Positions 57,501-63,845 of a DNA stretch of 63,845 nt are shown in pieces. The translations under genes were made by a program, and so were the position numbers. The notes below the pieces were generated by a model, which was not told where the DNA came from, made no database searches, and saw nothing but the letters and a program-made list of their open reading frames with translations. The stretch is from an uncultured archaeon. GTDB taxonomy: Archaea > Iainarchaeota > Iainarchaeia > Iainarchaeales > JAAZKV01. The stretch covers positions 1 to 63,845 of the forward strand of contig CAYWUL010000004.1 in NCBI GenBank assembly GCA_964461205.1. The letters run 5' to 3'. Numbering within the stretch: position 1 is the stretch's first letter; each line of letters starts with the position of its first letter.

Positions 57501-58159
57501 GAAGCAACTATTCTTCCAGCATAATTTCCATTAGCATAAGGTTGTGTTGTAAAAGAAGCTGTAACAATTGTTGTTGCGCCAGGATCAAGAACAACTTCTG
57601 AATCACTAAGAGACATTGTCGCATCGGTGTGAGAAAAAGTTGGTGTTAAAGAAACAGTTATTTGTTCTGCATAATTATTTCTAACAGAAAAAGTTTCTTG
57701 TGTAGAAGAACCTTGTAAGATAGAAACAAAGATTGATTGTTTGTTTAATTCAAATTCTCTATAACGAATATTAACTGTGTCTCCGTTAAAATCAAGATAC
57801 ATATAATAACGTCCAGGAGTTGTTTTGAAAGAGCCACTCATTGGGATTTCTGTAAAAGCAATTACGTCAGTTCCGTTTGCTAAACGCAAAGAAACAGTTG
57901 AACTTTCAAAACCACTATTAGCAATATCAATACTTTCCGGAACTTCAATAAAAATTCTTATTTCAGAATCAATCCCGGATAAATAAGCCGTGTTTGCAGC
58001 ATTCGCAATTGTTTGCACAGTGTTTCTTGCTATTACCATATCTTGTGTTTCTCTTGTTGCCGAGACCTGCTCAGCATAGATAGCAAAGATTATTGCTAGC
58101 GCAACAACCGAAACTGATAACACTAATAACAACTCAATAGTTGTTTGACCTTTTTGCAT
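54539..58159 (-). CDS. giant pilin-like adhesin paralog: class III signal peptide, Ig-like repeats, 3 LamG-type modules
   Basis: 1206 aa. The N-terminus is MQKGQTTIELLLVLSVSVVALAIIFAIY. LamG-type signatures begin at LVAYYKFNDTNSDG, LIALWHLNMGEN and LVGLWHLNAGDAD. It shares the C-terminal module ...DLNVYSC...FFNVG.LLRDVN with the 1759-aa protein. Confidence 0.8.
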   Translation of the reverse strand: MQKGQTTIELLLVLSVSVVALAIIFAIYAEQVSATRETQDMVIARNTVQTIANAANTAYLSGIDSEIRIFIEVPESIDIANSGFESSTVSLRLANGTDVIAFTEIPMSGSFKTTPGRYYMYLDFNGDTVNIRYREFELNKQSIFVSILQGSSTQETFSVRNNYAEQITVSLTPTFSHTDATMSLSDSEVVLDPGATTIVTASFTTQPYANGNYAGRIVASSVISGETITKTISVSVEVASEFSNLVIYPRLTSISSLGDETYTKSYSICNKTVSLIENITWGKDGNVDANAASWFTLPLITDVNANSCSNFDMNIVIPTLSSAIYDANLTAISGDDNYTSFIRVTNSVESEPPAGGYTVPGSTYFSIDNSDLNHFFDYNGFVRQIFSSASITNANSWTPTGELDWNRNAVLDNNAWRDQNLVAYYKFNDTNSDGTGVYDSARGFDGALVNGADIDENNLKGMWDSNALILDGINDYVDLPNTTVFDVGTGDFTVSHWIKTSSATDQPTWSYIDASANGYYIRVRSTGEVALYVGDAGDADNERIDSGFIVNDGQWHHVVVSWDGSGDDATFTVDGFSKTFSSVATYGSITSTDNTRTYIGRQQYSGWYFKGEIDEVKFYNRILTTKEVIADYNSFLNAKFVSSPESIVDATATADWNQIKVNSDLNYNFNSEIGYGTGELTSAHYLFDENLIALWHLNMGENTAYEDASGNGLTLTPNGFDDDENVSCLWGTNCVDLATNDWLDTGATGQSALTGLAQMSVCTWVNSDSSVTSQGLFTSDDGTNRNFDLYLNRAVTPSAPAFLIFIGGSAKIAQSTESIDADGLWHHICGTYNGSAVELYVDAIKVAEQTGVSGSIDADTEYPAIGRTGNVTNYVTGKIDEVAVWDRGLTPQEITDLYRLGRDKFMDNNLVGLWHLNAGDADNAFKDYSGNDNGGSPQNFDNDENVSGLWGTNAFDFDGTNDYINFGDLSPIKKTGDYSVSAWFNVDFGSVQFIFDKSTNDGCGTGNDLANYVLLQADGDLQIYCGCQTEGWYNYTSTGVNYALSWNHIVITREASGSMKVYFNGLLLDSGTDNSTTSWDNATALTLHGYRGTSYSGGSGRIDEVAIWDRALSTEEILDLYRKGVSSLDLNVYSCGDASCVIKTSSQYISDTNNNSWMDLNSDLVNSRYLGYDFFFKQNSDFSDYNAGFFNVGSLLRDVNVVYYTE
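56967..57056. repeat. partner copy of the 53253-53342 segment
   Basis: See the 53253-53342 entry. Confidence 0.85.
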
Positions 58160-58234
58160 GTGTAAATTAGGTTAAATGGATATTTATTATTAGCGCTAAG
58201 CAAGGTTTTTATTGTGTAAAGGTGTTTGTTAACT

Positions 58235-58777
58235 ATGGCAAACAATTTTTTGAAAGAAGTCATTGCAAATACAACAAACAAGGTTAACCTAGTAATAATT
58301 AATCAAAAACAATTCAAAACATCAATTGATTATTTACTAGAAAAATTGTTATTAGAACAGAAAAACGAGATCATCTTGGTTTCTTTTTCTCAACCAGGAA
58401 AAGAAATATTGAACAAATTTAATAGTCCAAAACTACATATTATTGATGCTTTTTCAGAGGAAGAAGAAAACGAAAAAATTATTTATTTAAAGGCGGGCAA
58501 TTTAACAAAACTACAAATAGAGATTGATGAATTAATGAAAGAAAAATCAATTGTTATTTTTGATTCCTTAGGTGTGCTCGGTTTGTATAATTCTGCACAA
58601 GATGTTGGAAAATTTGTTTACTTTTTTAGTAACAAAATAAAACTTAATAATAATTCGTGTATTTTTGTTGTTGTAAAAGAAAGTATTGATGAAGAAACAC
58701 TTAACTTTGCAAAACAATTCTGTGACAGAACATATAATTTTTCAGAATTATTTGTTTCTATAGAAGAAACAACATAA
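58235..58777 (+). CDS. KaiC/ArlH-like RecA-fold protein lacking Walker A (paralog of 39729-40385)
   Basis: It has a Walker B-like SIVIFDSLGVLGLY, the same IFDSLGVL.LY block as the other copy. The P-loop position reads SFSQPGKE. Confidence 0.45.
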   Translation: MANNFLKEVIANTTNKVNLVIINQKQFKTSIDYLLEKLLLEQKNEIILVSFSQPGKEILNKFNSPKLHIIDAFSEEEENEKIIYLKAGNLTKLQIEIDELMKEKSIVIFDSLGVLGLYNSAQDVGKFVYFFSNKIKLNNNSCIFVVVKESIDEETLNFAKQFCDRTYNFSELFVSIEETT

Positions 58778-58819
58778 AAACAAAATAAATTTGTTTTTTC
58801 AAAAAAACTAATTGAAAAA

Positions 58820-59923
58820 TTAGAATACTTCTACATCAGGATAAACTACTAATCCTTTCTTCTCAAAATTAATTGCACATAACTTGTTAGTGTGTTTTGT
58901 TCCGCGCATTTTTACTATTTCTAAGGAATGAATACGCAGACCTTTTTCCTCATCATGGTGGTAATACATTGATATTACAGAATCACTAATGAATGCAATA
59001 CTTCCTTCTGTGTCCTCTAATTTTTCTGGAGAATCTTCAGCAATTACTACTGATGTTATACCCCACTTTGCTAGCAAATTAAAAAAATTTAATACTTCTT
59101 CTCTTCTCTTGTATTCATCATGGAATAACAAACCATATGCAGTAATAGAATCAATCACAACTCTCTTCGCACCAATTTCTGTAAGAGCATCTCTTATTTG
59201 GCCTCCCCCTTCTTCCAAAATCTTTGTTACTTGGTGTGGCTTGAAATATAATAACATGAATTTTTTATCCTCTTCTAGTTTTTTGAAATCCCAACCAAAC
59301 TGTAACGCATGCTTGTACAAAGAATCTCTCTCTTCTTCAAAAGAAATAAAGATTCCAGGCTCATTATATTTTGTTACTCCTTCATAAAGAAATTGCATTC
59401 CAAGAAGAGTTTTTCCTGTACCTGCAGAACCAACCAATAAAATAATTGAATCCCTTTCAAATCCGCCAGAAATAAGTTCATCAAAACCCTTTATTCCCGT
59501 AGGAACTCTATTAGAAACTTTTTCTTCAACACTTAAATCATCATTTTTTTCTTCAATATTCTCTTCTTTTTTTTCAACAGTATTTTCTTCAATGGATTCA
59601 TCTTTCTTTGGTTCCATTTTTTCAACAACATTTTCTTTTTCTTTAGTCACATTATCCTTTTCTTCTATAACATTATCTCCCGGTTCCATTTTTTCAACAA
59701 CATTTTCTTCTTTAGGCATAGACTCTTCTTTAATAGAAATAGAATTATCTTTCTCTTCAATCGGTTTAATGACAACCGCCGTATTGTCTTCTTCAAAAGA
59801 ATCAGAATTCCTTTCAGAAACCTTTACAACATCTTCTTCCTTTTTCTCTTTTTTTGGGTTATCCATTAAGATTACCGGTTCTTCTTCTTTTGGTTCAAAT
59901 ACTTGTTCGTCCATTATTACCAC
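58820..59923 (-). CDS. KaiC/RAD55-family ATPase with E/K-rich repeat N-terminal extension
   Basis: The C-terminal 230 aa carry GIKGFDELISGGFERDSIILLVGSAGTGKT (Walker A), VVIDSITA (Walker B) and SLEIVKMRGTKH. The N-terminal ~135 aa contain repeated ENVVEKMEP units. Confidence 0.8.
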   Translation of the reverse strand: MVIMDEQVFEPKEEEPVILMDNPKKEKKEEDVVKVSERNSDSFEEDNTAVVIKPIEEKDNSISIKEESMPKEENVVEKMEPGDNVIEEKDNVTKEKENVVEKMEPKKDESIEENTVEKKEENIEEKNDDLSVEEKVSNRVPTGIKGFDELISGGFERDSIILLVGSAGTGKTLLGMQFLYEGVTKYNEPGIFISFEEERDSLYKHALQFGWDFKKLEEDKKFMLLYFKPHQVTKILEEGGGQIRDALTEIGAKRVVIDSITAYGLLFHDEYKRREEVLNFFNLLAKWGITSVVIAEDSPEKLEDTEGSIAFISDSVISMYYHHDEEKGLRIHSLEIVKMRGTKHTNKLCAINFEKKGLVVYPDVEVF

Positions 59924-60001
59924 TTTTAAAAAATAATGATTAATAAGTATTTAAATGCAACCCAGAAAGGTTTTTTAATAAAAACGGAGTGAAACAATAC
60001 T

Positions 60002-60445
60002 ATGAACCCATTATCAGAATACTTTACTAATTTTGATATTTTTTATGGTGGGCTATTGGGTTTTGCGGTAATATTTTGTTTCTTCTATGTATTCACATAT
60101 TTTTCAATAAGGGGAAAATTTGATAATCCACATGAAAAAGCATTAGAAGTATTATTGCCACCAATACTCGTTGGTTTTTTTCTTAATTTTCTTGGTTTTC
60201 CTTCACTAATAGTTGGGATAATTGTAATATTAACATATCTAGTCTTTACAAAGGGTTATTTGAAATTAGAATTTGGGGAATGGATAACGAATTCAATATC
60301 ATTGATTATTTTACTTACTATCTTGGGTTTTCTTGATATTGTTTTGAGATGGATTTTGTTTGCTGGCTTTTTAGGGTACACTATTATTAGTAGTGAAAAG
60401 AGAATCAAAGATATGGAAGAAAAGAGTGAGAAAAAGAAAGAGTAA
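60002..60445 (+). CDS. hypothetical 4-TM membrane protein
   Basis: 147 aa with hydrophobic segments and a K/E tail. Confidence 0.45.
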   Translation: MNPLSEYFTNFDIFYGGLLGFAVIFCFFYVFTYFSIRGKFDNPHEKALEVLLPPILVGFFLNFLGFPSLIVGIIVILTYLVFTKGYLKLEFGEWITNSISLIILLTILGFLDIVLRWILFAGFLGYTIISSEKRIKDMEEKSEKKKE

Positions 60446-60480
60446 GGATTAAAAAACCTCATTAAGACTTTTATTGTTAA

Positions 60481-60551
60481 GGGCTCGTGGTCTAGTGGTA
60501 TGATCGGTGCTTTGGGAGCATCAGACGGGAGTTCGATTCTCCTCGGGCCCA
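60481..60551 (+). tRNA. tRNA-Pro(UGG)
   Basis: The fold is GGGCUCG-UG-GUCUAGUGGUAUGAU-C-GGUGC-UUUGGGA-GCAUC-AGAC-GGGAG-UUCGAUU-CUCCU-CGGGCCC-A. The anticodon is UGG with G37. Confidence 0.85.
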
Positions 60552-61013
60552 CTAAGCAACATGCATTGACCAAACTTCTACGATCGAATTATCAATTTCT
60601 TTATCATGGATTTTTTCAAAAACAAAACCAATTTTTTCATACAATTTTTTTGCACCAAAATTATCTTCTTTAACCAATAAAAAAATCGAATGAATTTCTT
60701 TTCTTCTCTTGCATTCATGAATAGCTTTTTTCAACAATTTTTTTGCAATCCCCTGTCCACGCCAAGCTTCTTCAACAAAAATAGCATTTAGACGAGCCTT
60801 TCCTTCTTCCAAAAAAAATTCTAATTCTAAAAAACCCGTGCTAATATTTTTTTGATGATGTTTTATTAAAAAAAAGTTTGTGTTATCTATTTTTTCGGAA
60901 AGCTTTTCTTTTGAAAAAGTAGTATAAGGAAATTCTTTTTTTATTACTTCATTTATCCAAGGAATATCTTCTTCTTTTAACTTACTTATTTTAAATAACT
61001 GGGGATGCATCAT
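60552..61013 (-). CDS. GNAT N-acetyltransferase (RimI-like)
   Basis: It has AIFVEEAWRGQGIAKKLLKKAIHEC and LYEKIGF. Its stop codon abuts the tRNA-Pro 3' end. Confidence 0.75.
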   Translation of the reverse strand: MMHPQLFKISKLKEEDIPWINEVIKKEFPYTTFSKEKLSEKIDNTNFFLIKHHQKNISTGFLELEFFLEEGKARLNAIFVEEAWRGQGIAKKLLKKAIHECKRRKEIHSIFLLVKEDNFGAKKLYEKIGFVFEKIHDKEIDNSIVEVWSMHVA

Positions 61014-61027
61014 AAATTCTCACAAAA

Positions 61028-61699
61028 CTATTTTTTTTGTAAATAATCCATTATTTCTTTTTCTGAAACAGCACAACCAGAAAACTTTGCAGCATACAAT
61101 GCCGCCTCTAATTCTAACTTGCTATGATCTAATTCATTATCAAAAAGATCCTGTTCATATGCAAAAGCTATAACATCAACACTACGAAAAACTTTTATCT
61201 TTGAAAACATTTTTCTGAACTTATCAATATTTTCTTTGTTCATGGTTACTTTTGTTCTCTGTCTTTTTTCCAAAACTTGTTTTAATCTAAGAGGATTCTC
61301 TAATAAAGAACGTGTTGTTCTTTCATCAATAAATAATGCTGTTGCATCATAAACTTGGGCTAGTGCAAGAGCCTCTGCTTCCCCTCTTTGAACAATCGCC
61401 ATCGGACCCCTGTCTGTAGAAAAAGAATTGTTTGCCAAAAATAATATTTCTTTTTCTAATTTTGTTATTTCAGAAGTAGTATCAACAACATGAATTATTT
61501 TTTCATTAAACAAATGTTTTATTCGAGCAGCATTCAAAGCAAATCTCTTATTGTGTATTGGTTTCCACACACTCTCATCAGAAACTTCTCTTGAAACAAT
61601 TAATTCTACTCTGTTAAATTCAACAAATCTTTTGAAAACATTCATCAAACAAGTTGAAGAAAAAGTAATCATCGTTCCAGTGTCAATTACTGCTTTCAT
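61028..61699 (-). CDS. PIN-domain-like protein
   Basis: Motifs are the N-terminal AVIDTGTMI, GEAEALALAQ and LFIDERTTR, giving the acidic-residue order of PIN folds. It overlaps the upstream gene by 4 nt. Confidence 0.5.
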   Translation of the reverse strand: MKAVIDTGTMITFSSTCLMNVFKRFVEFNRVELIVSREVSDESVWKPIHNKRFALNAARIKHLFNEKIIHVVDTTSEITKLEKEILFLANNSFSTDRGPMAIVQRGEAEALALAQVYDATALFIDERTTRSLLENPLRLKQVLEKRQRTKVTMNKENIDKFRKMFSKIKVFRSVDVIAFAYEQDLFDNELDHSKLELEAALYAAKFSGCAVSEKEIMDYLQKK

Positions 61700-62256
61700 T
61701 TTTTCACCTCTAACAATTTTTTTAATTCTTGTATACGCGAAGAAATAGTTTTTGCTTCTGTTTCTTCATCAGGCATTTTTGTAAACCCAATATAACTTTG
61801 AACTTCTTTTTTATCAGCACCAGTAAGTTCAGAAGCTTGTGCAATACTTAGCCCAATAGAATACGCAAGAGATGCTTGTTTTACCTTTGCTTTTTCATAA
61901 ATATTTTGTGCAAAATTTCCTAAATCAGAATCAATGGACTCAATTTCATTAATTATTTGTTTTAATTTTTTTATTAACAAACTCTTATTATTATTTTCAG
62001 CAGCAAACAATGCCCCCTCTAATACAGTTGAAATTTGTGCTTTTACTCTCGCCCATTTGGGGTTATCGACAAAGTGTTGCTTTGTTTCAATTTTGTGCAA
62101 AGCATAAGCAATCACTCCCAACTCAGCTTTTGCATAATCGGTTTCAATCGCAGCTTCCCTAGTTAACCTACTACTTAACCCTCTTAAATCTAAAATTCTT
62201 TTTTGTTTGAACAATTTTAATACTTCTTCAATATCATAGGAAAGCGATTTAAACAT
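61696..62256 (-). CDS. helical protein with C-terminal HTH-like segment, partner of the PIN-like gene
   Basis: It has SLAYSIGLSIAQASELTGADKKEVQSYIG and is translationally coupled to the PIN-like ORF. Confidence 0.4.
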   Translation of the reverse strand: MFKSLSYDIEEVLKLFKQKRILDLRGLSSRLTREAAIETDYAKAELGVIAYALHKIETKQHFVDNPKWARVKAQISTVLEGALFAAENNNKSLLIKKLKQIINEIESIDSDLGNFAQNIYEKAKVKQASLAYSIGLSIAQASELTGADKKEVQSYIGFTKMPDEETEAKTISSRIQELKKLLEVKK

Positions 62257-62294
62257 GCTAGAAATAGGAAAAACAAGTATTTAACCCTTGCTAA

Positions 62295-62753
62295 GTGCTT
62301 TTTAGAAAAGAAAAACCAAAACAAAAATTTAAAGACATTGTTAAGCTAATAATAATTGATAATATGCATATTTTAGCACCATTAATTAGCGGAAGAGAAA
62401 ATTCAGAAGAGTACGTTGAAGCGATAACCAAGGGCGCGGACAAAGTTATTTTATTACAAATAATTGATAGAGATTTTATGAATAAAACAAGTGCAGCAAT
62501 GGGAGAAGTAATGCATTTTAGCACAATGATGGTTGAATTAAAAAAAATGATTGGGAAAAAAAGAAAACCTTGTGATGAAATTACGGAATGGGGGCACACT
62601 ATAAAAAAGATTCTTTCAATAGCATTAATACAAAAAATAGACAAAGTTGTTTTTGTAAATCAAAACAATGCGTTCTTTAAAGAAATATTACAAGAATTAA
62701 AAAAGAACAAAATAAATTATGAATTAGTAAATGTTTTTGAAAAAAAGAAATAA
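62295..62753 (+). CDS. universal stress protein-like (adenine nucleotide alpha-hydrolase fold), tentative
   Basis: It has HILAPLISGRENSEEYVEAITKGADKVILLQIID and a later WGHTIKKILSIALIQKIDKVVFVN pattern. The start may be the ATG at 62364. Confidence 0.4.
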   Translation: MLFRKEKPKQKFKDIVKLIIIDNMHILAPLISGRENSEEYVEAITKGADKVILLQIIDRDFMNKTSAAMGEVMHFSTMMVELKKMIGKKRKPCDEITEWGHTIKKILSIALIQKIDKVVFVNQNNAFFKEILQELKKNKINYELVNVFEKKK

Positions 62754-62763
62754 AAAAAAAGTA

Positions 62764-63306
62764 ATGAGCTTGGAGAAAGATAAAATGGTTATGACAAAAG
62801 AAAGTTATTTAGTTGAAGACAAAATAATTGTAGATGACTCTACACTAAAGGGGTGGCTTGTAGAAAAAGGATTTGGAGAAAATAAAACAAGAAACCTTGT
62901 TTTGGATTTGTATGAAGGATTATTTCTTTTATTGAATGATAAAATTGAAATAGTAAACAGAAACAAAAAAATCAAAGCAAAAGAATTGTTGGAATTAGGA
63001 CTAAAAAAAGACAAAAACTTTTATTCGAAATCATTAGTATATAGTGATATTAGAGAAAAAGGATACCAAATAAAAACTGGCCTAAAATTTGGTTTTGATT
63101 TTAGAATTTATCCAAAAGGAAAAAAAATGGGACAAACACACTCAAAATATGGTTTGAATGTTTACTCAGAAACAGAAAAACTTTCAATGACACAAATAAG
63201 TAGACTAACAAGGTTAGCGGGAAACATACACATACAAACAGTACTTGCAATTGTTGACAGAGAAAACTCAATTAATTATTATACAACAAATAGAGAGTTA
63301 CTCTAA
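62764..63306 (+). CDS. endA: tRNA-splicing endonuclease
   Basis: The catalytic-domain signature is IREKGYQIKTGLKFGFDFRIYPKG...HSKYGLNV. At ~180 aa it matches the homotetramer-type size. Confidence 0.8.
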   Translation: MSLEKDKMVMTKESYLVEDKIIVDDSTLKGWLVEKGFGENKTRNLVLDLYEGLFLLLNDKIEIVNRNKKIKAKELLELGLKKDKNFYSKSLVYSDIREKGYQIKTGLKFGFDFRIYPKGKKMGQTHSKYGLNVYSETEKLSMTQISRLTRLAGNIHIQTVLAIVDRENSINYYTTNRELL

Positions 63307-63418
63307 ATCAGAACTGTCCCAATTTTTTAATCTTCTTATAAAAAATCTGTTTTTAAAAAAATAGTTTTCTATTGGAGAAGAGTGACAAGCACCCTTCCAA
63401 TAAAAATTACTAAAACAC

Positions 63419-63595
63419 TTAGAAATCTACTCCTCTAACTGTTTTTCTTCCGTTTGCTTTTGCTCTTTCAGCAGCTTCTTTAACCATTACATTAACTTTA
63501 GCGCTTAGAGTTTCAACAGCATCAGAAGCTGTGTTGCAACCTTGTGATTTGATTGCTTCTTTTACTTTAGATGTTACTACTAACATTTCTCCCAT
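63419..63595 (-). CDS. short (58 aa) histone-fold protein, alpha3-truncated type
   Basis: The sequence MGEMLVVTSKVKEAIKSQGCNTASDAVETLSAKVNVMVKEAAERAKANGRKTVRGVDF ends right after the GRKTV loop-2 motif of histone folds. A GGAGG SD starts 12 nt upstream of ATG 63595 (7-nt spacer). Confidence 0.6.
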   Translation of the reverse strand: MGEMLVVTSKVKEAIKSQGCNTASDAVETLSAKVNVMVKEAAERAKANGRKTVRGVDF

Positions 63596-63845
63596 ATTAA
63601 TTCCTCCTTTGCCATCAGGCATTTTCAAACAAAATAATTTTTATTATTTTGTAACATTCAAAGTCCTTTTGGACTTTTCATTGATAAAATAAAATCCTTA
63701 AAGTATTTAAATACGCTGGTTCGGCTCTAAAACAGCAAAACTATGGGTTTTAGCAAAAAAGTGTCCTACAAATTGTGATTTTTATAGTCTTTTAATTCTA
63801 ATTGTTTACTAATTCTTTTGCCAGTGATGAAGCAATTTTGTCTGA

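Noticed and set aside
60002-60445. Prepilin peptidase (PibD/EppA/FlaK) candidate next to the pilus island
   Set aside because: It is only 147 aa with 4 TM, and no paired catalytic Asp or GxGD-type motif is visible. The peptidase is probably encoded elsewhere.

Overview
This is an AT-rich archaeal chromosome segment. I did not compute GC content. The gene content suggests a small-genome DPANN-type archaeon, which is an inference. Supporting genes are thermosome, Alba, histone-fold proteins, Sec61beta, EndA, archaeal-type ValRS/IleRS/TrpRS, form III RuBisCO, PPDK, an intron-containing tRNA-Leu and a tRNA-Ile with a UAU anticodon. I support about 65 protein genes and 3 tRNAs. I saw no rRNA, CRISPR array, transposase or integrase. 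The main feature is a ~21.5 kb type IV filament island at about 38.3-59.9 kb. It encodes an ArlI/PilB-type ATPase with a ~490-aa repeat-bearing N-terminal extension and two TadB/C-like platform genes. It also encodes eight genes with class III (K/R-G/A|Q-x-S/T-x-E) prepilin-like N-termini and three KaiC-family genes, two of which lack a Walker A motif. Two of the prepilin-like genes are giants of 1206 and 1759 aa built from LamG-type lectin modules, and the larger one ends in three tandem C1q/TNF-like repeats. I read this island as a candidate cell-cell (host) attachment apparatus. Other notable items follow. tRNA-Ile(UAU) lies 70 nt upstream of ileS and is flanked by hairpins. A GC-rich structured element sits between a wHTH gene and a HerA-like ATPase gene. 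There is a tandem-duplicated histone-fold-like protein and a 58-aa alpha3-truncated histone-like protein. A 15-nt direct repeat brackets the thermosome promoter. Two reading-frame breaks would each be repaired by adding one A to an A-run.
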